Assembly (NCBI GenBank): GCA_964016885.1
Contig: OZ024740.1
Location: forward strand, 130,262,001-130,326,000
DNA: 64,000 nucleotides
Reading direction: 5' to 3'
Source of the DNA: Eledone cirrhosa
Lineage: Eukaryota
Positions 1 through 11,405 of this stretch are shown here, one piece after another. The notes under the pieces were generated by a model. It did no database searches. It was not told the origin of the DNA and saw only the letters and a list, made by a program, of their open reading frames with translations. Each line of letters opens with the position of its first letter. Within the stretch, counting starts at the first letter, position 1. Both the position numbers and the translations under genes were made by a program.

Positions 1-38
1 TCAAAGGAAAAAAGAATCTTGAGCTCTTTAAAATACAG

Positions 39-525
39 TATGTTGAAAAGGTAACACACTAGAGAGAGAAAGTGTCCCACAATAAAACGGGGAAAAACCA
101 CCAGTGTATGGAATCTATACTCTATGGAAGGCAGGGTAAACACACAATAATTAAAAATATAAATTAGAATGTATAACGCACCTCTATAACTATATAACAC
201 ACGCGTACAAATCGAAAGGGATCTGTTTCGCCAGGGGATGGTGACTGAAGTAGAATCGCCTATCGTTCACCAGCGCGTGCAAGACTATACATTCCAGACA
301 ACTCCAAGAGAATCTAAAGCGGCCGTCTAGCTACACGCGGCAGAGCGATCTCACAGCGTGTTTGGGCAGTGAACCAGTGGGACGATTTCCTAGAAAGGGA
401 AGCCCAAACCATTCAAAGAAGTGTGCCTACACTGCCTTCCATAGAGTATACATTCCATACACTGGTGGTTTTTCCCTGTTTTGTTGATGGCACTCTCTCT
501 CTCTCTAATGTGTAACCTTTTCAAC

Positions 526-528
<3 letters not shown>
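39..528. repeat. Foldback element: ~107-bp inverted arms (39-145 / 421-528), probably PLE terminal-repeat derived
   Basis: GGAAAAACCACCAGTGTATGGAA..TATACTCTATGGAAGGCAG is reverse-complemented at 421-528. The right arm abuts a (TA)n tract. Confidence 0.75.
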
Positions 529-610
<82 letters not shown>

Positions 611-704
611 ACATATAACTTGGAGTAACTGTAGGTTCACGCGGGTGAGCACTCAATGTTTAGGTTCAATTCAATGTCGATGTGTAGAGTTAGACAAAGT
701 GTAT

Positions 705-941
705 TATAGTAAAATAAAATAGAACAAGGACGATTGGTTACTACTTCATTAGGTTTATTGTTTGGTGACACGCGTTTCACCACTGTTCTGCTCAAGGTTC
801 CATACCATTCTAAGGGGTCTGACGAGCCCCGTCGGGCTAGATCGATACAGATCGACCTTGAGCTGATCAGTTGCGAAATGTACGTCACCAACTAATAAAT
901 GTAATGAAGGAGTAACCAATCGTCCTTGTTTTATGTTATTT

Positions 942-948
<7 letters not shown>
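705..948. repeat. Foldback element: ~93-bp inverted arms (705-797 / 856-948)
   Basis: AACAAGGACGATTGGTTACT (left arm) matches AGTAACCAATCGTCCTTGTT (right arm). Followed by (TA)n. Confidence 0.8.
816..889 (+). ncRNA. Type I hammerhead ribozyme candidate with long stem II
   Basis: GGT-CTGACGA-GC...GC-GAAA-TGTACG-TC-ACC. Core intact, GUC cleavage triplet, near-palindromic stem III, but stem I is only 3 bp. Confidence 0.55.
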
Positions 949-1332
<384 letters not shown>

Positions 1333-1383
1333 AAGAGACGTAAAATAAGAAAATTATAAAATTAACTTACTTACTAAAATATC

Positions 1384-1466
1384 ATTTCCAACTAATTAGT
1401 TTCTGGAATGGAGTAAATATATTTTCCGAAGAATAATATGGTGAAGCATTCCGTCGTCAGGAAAGT
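1384..1466 (-). ncRNA. Type I hammerhead ribozyme
   Basis: Minus strand: ACTTTC-CTGACGA-cGGAATG...CATTCCa-GAAA-CTAATTAG-TT-GGAAAT. Confidence 0.7.
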
Positions 1467-1909
1467 CTATTCTCATGTAAGTTTCCAGGCAAAGCGAGGA
1501 CACTGGAAACTTACTAAAAAATAATTCAGTGGATAGGAAATAGCGAAGCGTGGACTGAATTCCAAGCTATTGAGAAAATCACTGCCTCTACGTCTGTGGC
1601 AAATTCAAAAAGAATGGAACACGTAACATCGTGGTCAATCATGGAAAGTGGTTTGCTAATAAGACAGCGGCCTGCCTACAACCGTGGCAGCAGTCATGGC
1701 CAATATTGCTCGACAAATAATTTGGAGATAATAATAAAGAATTTATATCTAGCAACATATATATATATACATACAGATGCATATCAATGCTAGCAAATAT
1801 ATAGGTTTTGTCTTAATAACAGTGTGGTTCAATGCATGGGGTTGCAGAACAATAATACAAGAGACGTAAAATAAGAAAATTATAAAATTAACTTACTTAC
1901 TAAAATATC

Positions 1910-1992
1910 ACTTCCAACTAATTAGTTTCTGGAATGGAGTAAATATATGTTCCGAAGAATAATATAGAGAAGCATCCCGTCGTCAGGAAAGT
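1910..1992 (-). ncRNA. Type I hammerhead ribozyme
   Basis: Minus strand: ACTTTC-CTGACGA-cGGGATG...CATTCCa-GAAA-CTAATTAG-TT-GGAAGT. 6-bp stem I, palindromic stem III. Confidence 0.75.
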
Positions 1993-2148
1993 CTATTCAC
2001 ATGTAAGTTTCCAGGCAAAGCGAGGACACTGGAAACTTATGAAAAAATAATTCAGTGGATAGGAAATAGCGAAGCGTGGACTGAATTCCAAGCCATTGAG
2101 AAAATCACTATGTATATATATATATATATATGTACATACATGTATATA

Positions 2149-2319
<171 letters not shown>

Positions 2320-2320
2320 G

Positions 2321-2355
<35 letters not shown>

Positions 2356-2356
<1 letters not shown>

Positions 2357-3657
2357 TTACATGAAACAAAGTTCTGTTCAAAACATTTATCTGCTTACAA
2401 TTGTTTCTTCCAAACCGAGGTTTGGTGTCTTCGAAGCAATTATTCAGTGATTTTTAACCTACTTGACCACCTTTTCAACACAAGAGACATATAGAAACAT
2501 ATGTATATATTGACCCACAGTGGGCTGACATCCTTTACATACAAAGAATTCAGTCATATTAAAGGACAAAATTAAATTAAAATAAAACATTGGCTGTCGA
2601 CTAAGATAAATCAAAAGGAAAGTTTGGAGTAGCCAGTGTATTCAGCAGTCATGTGGAATGTTCGGTGGGGGCACTCTATGTGGTATGTTCGGTGAGGGCA
2701 CTCTATGATAAAGGGAATTTATCCTAATATGAAAACCTTTAGTACTTCTTGATAGACTACACTGTAATTTATAGATAAGATACTTAAATTTAGAAATTGT
2801 TTATAACCTTATATGATGCGAACTCATTTGAGACACCATTAATGTACTTTAGGATAATAAAGTTAACTATAGAAATCATCTAGTTACCTTCCCTTACGCA
2901 TTAACTCCCCTTAATCACACACACACTTCCGGAATATAATACGATGTCATCTCTCACAACAAAAACAACCTGATCTATGAATCGAATTAAAGAACGACAA
3001 GCTGTGATGTTCTAGCATGGTTCACCAGGCACCCAATGTTGAATCATCGTGGATTGTGAGATGGGCATGTAGTCTATAAATTGCGTTTCCTGGATTGTGT
3101 GAGTGGTGGTGTGTACGAGGACAGTGGTGCTGTTTTGCTTCTCATTTGTAATATTTTTGATATTGTTGGTGTTTCTCCACACACGGGCTTCTATAACGTA
3201 CAGGTGTGTGTAAATAATGCTTAACCAGTTCACCCCCATGATGCTCTTGATTGCCTGTTTTGACTGCTCGTTTTACTTGTAACAATCTGCCGCACTATAA
3301 TATTGTATAAATAGGACACGCGTGCATGCCACACGTGTGACTGTTGAATACACTGGCTACTCCAAACTTTCTATTTGCTTTATCTTAGTAGACTGCCAAT
3401 GTTTTATTTTAATTTTAATTTTGTCCTTTAATATGACTGTAATCTTTGTATGTAAATTACCATGCTATAATATTATAATGGATGTCAACCCACTGTGGGT
3501 CAATATATACATATCTTTCCATATGTCTCTTGTGTTGAAAAGGAGGTCAAGTATGTTAAAAATAACTGAATAATTGCTCCGAAGACACCAGACCTCGGTT
3601 TTCAAGAAACAATTGTAAATAGATAAATGATTTAAACATAACTTTGTTGAATGTAAT
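2356..3657. mobile_element. Element with ~300-bp inverted arms (2356-2652 / 3337-3657) carrying degenerate hammerheads; PLE-derived
   Basis: Arms align by eye, e.g. GAAAGTTTGGAGTAGCCAGTGTATTCA / TGAATACACTGGCTACTCCAAACTTTC. Motif TGCT-(T/C)CGAAGA..GAAA-CAATTG-TA at 2392-2438(-) and 3575-3621(+) has a mutated core. Confidence 0.7.
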
Positions 3658-3958
3658 ATCTATATAACTGCTTTGTAAAACAACTGGTGTCGTTACATTG
3701 AGCTATTTATCTTACTGGTAATAAGATAGTAATAAATTACTGTCTTTCACTATTTAGGGTATAATATATATATAACTATAAAAGGTTTTAGTATATACAT
3801 AACCATAAATAGTATCCTTAATACTATAGAAGATTATATTAATAAGAGGAATTCCAACTTTGTCTGATTTACTCGTTTTATTTACAATCTTTTAAAATAT
3901 ATATAATATGGTATTATAATGAAGTAGTATGATAGAATATTAAATTCTAAGTGTTAAT

Positions 3959-3997
3959 TGAACAAGTACTTTCATGCTTTCGCAATCTTCAGGTTCA
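3959..3997 (-). ncRNA. Minimal type I hammerhead (mirror copy in palindrome)
   Basis: Exact reverse complement of 4075-4113. Confidence 0.8.
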
Positions 3998-4074
3998 TGA
4001 TATGTGGTGACAGTCGAGTTTGCAATTTTCAACTGTCAGTTGAAAATTACAAACTCGACTGTCACCACATATCA

Positions 4075-4113
4075 TGAACCTGAAGATTGCGAAAGCATGA
4101 AAGTACTTGTTCA
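4075..4113 (+). ncRNA. Minimal type I hammerhead ribozyme
   Basis: TGAAC-CTGAAGA-tTGC-GAAA-GCAt-GAAA-GTAC-TT-GTTCA. Perfect 5-bp stem I, GAAA-capped stem II, palindromic GTAC stem III. Confidence 0.8.
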
Positions 4114-4281
4114 ATTAACACTTAGAATTTAATATTCTATCATACTATTTCATTATAATACCATATTATATATATTTTAAAGGATTGTAAATAAAACGAG
4201 TAAATCAGACAAAGTTGGAATTCCTCTTATTAATATATATATATACATATATGGATATATATATATATGTATATATATATG

Positions 4282-4374
<93 letters not shown>

Positions 4375-4384
4375 ATATATGTAT

Positions 4385-4478
4385 AGAAAGGTTGTCAGTT
4401 CGATTCTCGTGGTGATGTGTTGTGTTCTTGAGCAAGGCACTTTATTTCACATTGCTCCAGCTTACTAAGCTGTAGAAA
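4385..4478 (+). mobile_element. SINE fragment (B-box plus CORE-like domain)
   Basis: AGTTCGATTC B-box-like motif, then TGTGTTCTTGAGCAAGGCACTTTA resembling the CORE-SINE domain. Confidence 0.5.
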
Positions 4479-4500
4479 ACATATATATATATATATATAT

Positions 4501-4688
4501 AATTGTTTCTACTTTAGGCACAAGGCCAGCAATTACCCAGTGCATTACTGGTACTTTATTTTATCGACCCCGTAAGGATGAAAGGCAAAGTCAACCTCGG
4601 CGGGATTTGAACTCAGATCATAAAGGGACGTAACTATGTTGGAAAGCATGGCGTCCGACCCTCTACCGATACTGTCAATCCACCGCCC
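4501..4688 (-). mobile_element. tRNA-derived SINE (main family of this window)
   Basis: Reverse complement of the 15978-16155 unit, with B-box GAGTTCAAATCC and tail GGCCTTGTGCC..GAAACAATT. Confidence 0.85.
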
Positions 4689-4695
4689 TGTATAT

Positions 4696-4740
<45 letters not shown>

Positions 4741-4744
4741 ATGT

Positions 4745-4847
4745 GAAGGCGCATGGGCTAGTGATTAGAGCATTGGACTTGCAATCTAGATGTTGTGAGT
4801 TCAATTGTGTATATATATATATATATATACAATTGAACTCACAACAT
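4745..4847 (+). mobile_element. tRNA-like SINE head, truncated by a small inverted duplication around (TA)n
   Basis: GGCGCATGGGCTAGTGATTAGAGC...GAGTTCAATT. TGTTGTGAGTTCAATTGT is inverted as ACAATTGAACTCACAACA. Confidence 0.5.
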
Positions 4848-4865
4848 ATATATATATATATATAT

Positions 4866-7690
4866 ATATTGTTATACTTGGGGAGGGTCATATTTGTGTA
4901 ATAATATTGCCAGAATTAATAACAGAACACAGTCACAGTTTGGTTGGTTTTCGCTACTGTGTCTTTTATATCGGTTAATGTAATTTATTCGGTCCTCAGT
5001 GTTGCCATTGACTGACCAACGCTGAAAAATACAAATACAATATAGACACAAACACATATATATAGTCTATCAAAGTTATTTCGTTGCACATCTGCAACAT
5101 CGTCAATGGTGCTATTATGTTTCCACCCGTTGCATTGTATGCTTACGCCATCTTTATTTAGTCTGTTTATTTATTTATTTATTTGTTTACTTTTGTTGTC
5201 TTCTCTGCGCATGCGTTTGCGTGTGTGTATAGTGTTTTGTTTGATGTGTGTTATTGTTTGGGTGACTGTGTATTGGTTAATGTATTCTATCTTAGTTTAC
5301 TAGTGTGTGTTTATATGTGTTTGTTGTTATTGTGCTTGTGTATGTATTTATTTATTTATTTATTCATTAATTCATTTTTTTATACTTCTCTTAGGTCAGT
5401 GTTGTTTGGTTGGGTGTTGTTGTTATTCCATTCATTTTTTTCTGTTTATACTTGGCCTTCTAAGTTATATTTCGCTGGCCTCTCTGATTTGCCTATCTGC
5501 TGGGTCATTTCTATGTTTAGATATTATTCTAACTTCTACGTTGTCTATGTTACCGTTGTGTTCTTTTCTGGCATGTTCGTATAATACTCAACCGGTTTTT
5601 CGTCCTTTTAGTTCCCCCCAGTGTTGGTCTATCCTTTCACCTATGCTACGAGCTGTCTCGCCTATGTATGTTGTTGTCATGTTTCTGCAAGTACCCTCTG
5701 TACATCTTATGCTATAGACTACGTTTCTAGTTTTACAGTTTATCCGGGGGTTTACTCTACATATGATACATTTCCTATTAGTACAGTGGGTTTTCTTAAA
5801 AGGGTAGGTTTTGCTGATCAGGGATTTTGTGGTTGTTCCTGGCTTTTCTACCACCTTAATCATTAAGTGGGTCTTTCTCAGGGCCTTTCTACACTGGTTA
5901 GCTAATTTCCCTCCAGGGGTAGTGTCCACAAGCATGATACTCTGGTATCCCTGGTTGTCGTACCATGAGGTGGCATTCCCTGTCTTATGTCTAGTCCTAT
6001 CTAAGCTATTCCATGATTTGCTCCTGTATAATGGGCAAATTCCTTTCATGTCCACTTCTATGAGGGTCTTATACTTCTCTGTGGCTCCTTCGTATACTCT
6101 GATTCTGTCACTTTGGTTGTAGCCAGAGAACTGCATGCGGTTGATGAAGTGTTGCATGTGTCTTTCCATTTCTGTTGTGTCGCACATGCGGGATACGTTC
6201 TTCATCACACGTACCAAGTCTGCGTTCAGAATATTAAACTCAGCACTACTGCAAATTGCTGAGTTTTTTAGTATCAGGTATTTGGAGGCCATGGGTTTAG
6301 CATAGTGTGAGTGAAGAATTTGGGCTCTCTCGTCTATAGCGTTAATCCAGAGTTCCGTGTCTAATACAGGTAGACTATTGTTAGGGTGTTTGGAAGGGTA
6401 GTCGATAGTTAGAGATATACTCTGGTGTATCTATCTGCTGGATGCTTTCCATTGTGCTACGTTCTAAATCAAACTTGTTAGTGCTCTCTTGTGGGGTTTT
6501 CCTTATTACTATATTGATGTCGTCTACGTAACGAGAGTACATGATGAGGTCTATGGAGCTCTCAACAAGGAGATATTTGAGTCTCCTTTCCCACCATACC
6601 ATAAAAAGTTTGGCAACGTCACCAGTTATGCTGACATCAATGGCTGCTCCCTCATTTGGGGTGTAGATCTTCTCGTTGAACTTGAATAAGTGGCCCTTTA
6701 GGGTAGTTTTGATACTTGCACTATTGCATATGCTACCATTTTTCTTACCTGATCATTGTTTTGGGGGGGTCCGTATAGCTTTGGTTACCCTATCCACCTT
6801 CCTATGGGAGTCCTTTTTGCCATTGAGGTTATGGGGGGCTCTACCTGTTATGGGTCTACTGGGGTAGAACCGTCTAAGGTCATGGCTGTCTAGGTAGTCA
6901 GTGCCGTAGGTAAGTCTAAGTAGGATGCCCAGTTCGTCTGTGTCGACGTTGCAGAACACCACCTCACTCTCAATGATCATCTCCACATTTTTCCACAGCA
7001 AAATCAATGTTAATGGATGGGTACAGTGATACCACATCCATACTGCCTATTATGCAGTTGGATAGGTTCCTGTTTTTGTTTCACTCACTGATTCTGCTGA
7101 TGAGGTCCTCTGTACTGTCACATACATCTGGGGACATGTTGATTATGGGGCGTATAACCATTGAGAGGAAGTAGGATATCCTGTAGTTGCTAGCTATATT
7201 TGCTCCGCATACAGGTCTTGTTGGTGGTCCTGGTGTCTGGTCGTTGACTGTATTGTGGTCTTTTCGGAGCCCATACAAGTGGGGTGTGCCATTGTGGACG
7301 CCTGGAAGTTGTTGTCAGTGCGTTTTCTTGGCTTTATGATGGCGGTCAACATCATCATGTGAGCGTTCAGCATTTTCTCTCTCCTATCATGTATTTGCTG
7401 TGCAATTTCGTTCGTGTTGGTGATGTGGGTTGCATAGCCTTGATGTAGTTCGGCATGCTGTCTATTGACATCCTACCAGACTTATCCGTGGGTAGACATA
7501 CTACCTCACCATCCCTTGTGCGCTGCTTGAGACTAACCAAGCCTTGGGGTTTCCTCCCAAGTTGGTGGACCTCTGGTCTGCTCTGTCTCTTAGTATACCG
7601 GTCTACTATTAGTCTAATCATAATTCTAGCTATGTTGACTGTGCCTATTTCTCGTCGTCTATTTCTTGTGGTATGCAAACTCTTTTATTA
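4866..7690 (-). mobile_element. Degenerate Penelope-like retroelement (RT plus C-terminal GIY-YIG endonuclease)
   Basis: Collinear ORF fragments: PTDKSG (7367-7678), RPII..CDSTEDL (7081-7278), YSRYVDDI (6381-6602), and C-x4-C-x2-C ...VVYSIRC..YIGETARSIGERIDQH (5588-6292). Confidence 0.85.
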
Positions 7691-7769
7691 AAGGGTAACT
7701 TCGTATGATAGATATTACCCATCTTATATGTTTTGTCATCTTATATGTTATATATATATATATATAAAC

Positions 7770-7892
<123 letters not shown>

Positions 7893-7930
7893 TTATATGT
7901 GTAGTATATATTGCCATATATTGTATATAT

Positions 7931-8013
<83 letters not shown>

Positions 8014-8683
8014 AGATCAAAATGATTAAAAGAGTTCCATGTATTTTATTATGCGCATTTCAAAAACAAATATCATTATGGGATGAAATTTGCGTTCTCA
8101 TCAGATAAAATATGGAGACATGATATGAAGCTTAAAAAACACTTGCCAGCAGTGAAGTGTTAAATCAACATATGAAAAATAATATAAGATGGATATATGA
8201 GATTAGGAAAAAAGAAGGAAGGGGGAAGGAAAAGGCATGGAGGAAGAGTATATGAAGGAAGGATGAGAGAGGAGGAGAAATGAGTGAGAGAGAGATATAG
8301 ATAGTGGGGAAGAGAGATAACCTTTAATACTGAGAAACTTTGTCTCACAGAGAGAAACGAAAAAAAACGTTGTAAGATAATACATATTTAAAAATAAAAT
8401 TGAAATTAAAAGTAAATTAGGTTTATGAATGGTGATGTTTATGATTAAAGAAAAAGGAATTAAGAATAGTATTTATTTAAGGTTTATATATTGAAGAGTT
8501 TAATAATATATGCGATAAGTAATTTATTAAAATGTATTATTAAAATAAAGAAATATTAAGAAGATAAGCTGAATGCAGAAAAGGTTAAATGAGTTATGAA
8601 CTTAGAGGAATTAGTTAGGGTCTAAGTTTGTTTCTATGAATTGTAATAGGAACATTAAATGATAGGTTTAAAACGAGTGGGTA

Positions 8684-9859
8684 ATAGGAACAAATAGGAC
8701 CCCAACCGTAGCTTCAAGCCGTTTCGACGGCTATTTCTGGACTAAGTAAGAATGTTTCGCCTGGTAAATAAATAGCCAAACTTATCAAGGGGTACTTCCT
8801 TATATGATAAGATAGTAATTGTCAAGAGGATTGGTTAAAATGTGTTATAAGGACAAATAAATCTACCATGGCATTTGGTGGGAGGTAGAACAAAGAGAGA
8901 GGGAAGAAAGCCAGTCAGACGTTGAAAGTATAGGTAAGTCGAAAGGGAGTAACATAAAAATAAAAAATAAAAATAATAAATGTATAAAAAAAGTTTTGAT
9001 AGTGAGAAATGAATAAAAAAACAAAAACAGTAGAGTCTAGAAACAGCTGCTATAATTAGTAGGTATTGCTAAGCTATAGAAAAGTTTAATAGGTAGAGAA
9101 TGGGAAAATACTAAATAAGAGAAATGTAGTTGGTAGTGAAAAAACTTAAAGCAGGCTTTACAGGGGTCGCTAACACAGCTGCTATAAATATTTAGTAAAG
9201 CGTAATCAGCCAATGCTATCTTACAATTACAGGTTAATAAGTATTGGCTGATTACACTTTACTAACTATTTATAGCAGCTGTGTTAGACCCCCTGCTTTA
9301 AATTTGTTCACTACCACCTACAATCTCTTATTTAGTATTCCCATTCTCTACTTATTAAACTTTTGTCTAGCTTAGCAATACCTTCTAATTATAGCAGCTG
9401 TTTCTAGACTCTACTGTTTTTATTTTTGTATTTATTCCTCACTATCAAAACTGTTTTTATATATTTATTATTTATTTTTTATTTTTTTTATTTTACTCCC
9501 TTTCGACTTACCTATTCTTTCAACTACCTTCCTCCTTTTCTCCAGTACAATATTTCGACTTTTTATACAGAATCTGCTGTATAGATTGCACTTTCAACGA
9601 TTGACTGGCTTTCTTCACTCCTTCTTTGTTCAACCGGCAAGTTCAGCCACCCCTACCTCCCGCCAATTGCCCTGATAGATGTATTTGTCTTTATAAATAA
9701 TTTGAACCAATCCTCTTGACAATTACTATCTGCCCATATAAGGAAGTAACCCTTGATAAGTTTGGCTATATATTTAACAGGCTAAACATTCTTACTTAGT
9801 CCAGAACTTAACCATCGGAACGGCTTGAGCTATGCCGTCGGGGACATACTTGTTCCTAT
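8684..9859. repeat. Large foldback: ~530-bp inverted arms (8684-9217 / 9240-9859) with a degenerate hammerhead
   Basis: TCTAGAAACAGCTGCTATAATTAG / CTAATTATAGCAGCTGTTTCTAGA, among other matches. Right arm has a ~70-bp extra segment near 9522-9592. CCC-TTGATAA..G(A/G)AA-CGGC..GCCG-TC-GGG is a mutated core. Confidence 0.85.
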
Positions 9860-9886
9860 ATAAATATATATCTATATATATATATT

Positions 9887-10680
9887 TCGTTTCTGAATTT
9901 GTTTAGCAAGATTCTTTATCTGAAAACGTGTGTTGAAACGGATATTGTTATGCTTTGGGAGGGTCATGTTGCCAATAATAAACACACGCACTAGTTGCTT
10001 TCACTTCAATTTATTATAAATTAAATTTATAAATTTCCGTTTGCTTGGTTGGTTCAACAACCAGACGGTTGTTCATATATTGTCAAAGTTCTTTCGTCAC
10101 ACATTTTGTGACCTCTTCAATGACTGGGAATTATTTTCTTTGTTTTGTGCCTCTCCTTTTTACTGTCCTAAGCCATCTTGTTTTGTGTGTGTTCTGTGCT
10201 TAGTTTGCGCATGTGTTACATCCGGGTGTATGTGTGTGTTTATATTTGTTTATTTATTTGTTTATTTACATGTTACTGGTTGGTTGTTTGTTCTATATGT
10301 GTGTGTGTTTTCATTTTGTCCTTAATTGTAAGTTGTGATGTTGCTATTCCATTCATGTGTTCTATTTAATTTTGGTTGGAGTCCATTTATGTTTATTGCC
10401 TCTGTGATTTGTCTAAACATTGCGTCTTTTCTGTGTGTAGATTCTATTTTTATTTCTATGATCTCTAATTTACCCTTCTGTTCTATTTTAGCGTGTTGGT
10501 GTAGTACAGATGATTCTTTCCTATATTGAAGCTCTCGCCAGTGTTCATTTATCCGTTCTCCTATACTACGAGCTGTCTCACCTATGTACACTATATTCTT
10601 ATCTCTACATTGTCCTTCAGTACATTTTATGGTATATACAAAATTTCTAGTTTTACAGTTAATATGGGGGCTTAATTTAC
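9887..10680 (-). mobile_element. 5'-truncated Penelope-like element (GIY-YIG end plus 3' region), related to 4866-7690
   Basis: ORF 10322-10702 contains INCKTRNFVYTIKCTEGQC..YIGETARSIGERINEH..EAINI..PKLN. TATTGTTAT..TTGGGAGGGTCAT is shared with 4867-4890. Confidence 0.85.
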
Positions 10681-10700
10681 ACACACACACACACACACAC

Positions 10701-10799
<99 letters not shown>

Positions 10800-11124
10800 A
10801 TCGAATTTATAAGATATAAATAATAGATGTTACTCGATCTACCTCTCCTTATTTATTTTTGTTTTTATTTCTCCCCGTATCCTTAACACTAAATAAATAA
10901 ATAAACAAATGAATAATTACACTACCCCCTTCCCTCATAGATCTCTCATTTGGTGTTTTCTCTTTACATACATTTCTTCATCTTCTTCACCTTCCGCGCT
11001 TTCTTTTTCTTTTCTCCTTCTTTTTCTTTTTCCTTTTTTCCTTTTTTCTCCGTCTTTGTTTTTAACCGTCCTTAACATTTTCACTACCGTAACAACTTTT
11101 TAAATGGAAGTTGTAAACTCTAAG

Positions 11125-11306
11125 GTATGTCAAATTTATTTATAAAACTGTCTATATATTGTATTTTGTCTGAAGAGGGCATACCATATTTTTAATATGA
11201 TATCCCTGAAATATATATAATGAAATAAATATGGTTTTATAAATGTAATTTCCATTTGTTTAATATCGTAAAATACTCCAAAACCTGTTGAGTGCTTTTA
11301 TATCAG
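11125..11306 (+). other. Putative intron in the pLTR, enclosing the hammerhead
   Basis: AAG|GTATGT donor and GTGCTTTTATATCAG| acceptor. Both are conserved in the diverged relative at 56626-56810. pLTR introns are known from Penelope. Confidence 0.5.
11162..11227 (+). ncRNA. Type I hammerhead ribozyme in 5' pLTR
   Basis: TATTTTGT-CTGAAGA-GGG...CCCt-GAAA-TATATA-TA-ATGAAATA. Confidence 0.75.
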
Positions 11307-11405
11307 TTATAAAATATTTACTCGTTGTAACCCAACATTTTAAATAAAACTTTTGCATATTTTTTGCTCCAATACTGTTGAGCGCTTTATATTATAACTG
11401 AAAAA

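Larger units (their letters stand above)
1333..2109 (-). mobile_element. Non-coding element with 251-bp direct repeats (1333-1583 / 1859-2109; period 526 bp), each carrying a hammerhead; retrozyme or PLE-pLTR-like
   Basis: Near-identical repeats AAGAGACGTAAAATAAG...GAGAAAATCACT. Inserted in (TA)n on both sides. Confidence 0.75.
3836..4236. repeat. Near-perfect 400-bp palindrome (200-bp arms, 1-nt spacer at 4036)
   Basis: Centre is TTTTCAACTG-T-CAGTTGAAAA. Only a few mismatches between arms. Confidence 0.95.
10820..11360 (+). repeat. 5' pseudo-LTR of PLE
   Basis: Direct repeat of 14622-15162 (offset 3802). Confidence 0.92.

Noticed and set aside
10909-11103. Identical 64-aa ORF duplicated at 14711-14905
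   Set aside because: Low-complexity pyrimidine-rich pLTR sequence. The identity just reflects the terminal repeat.
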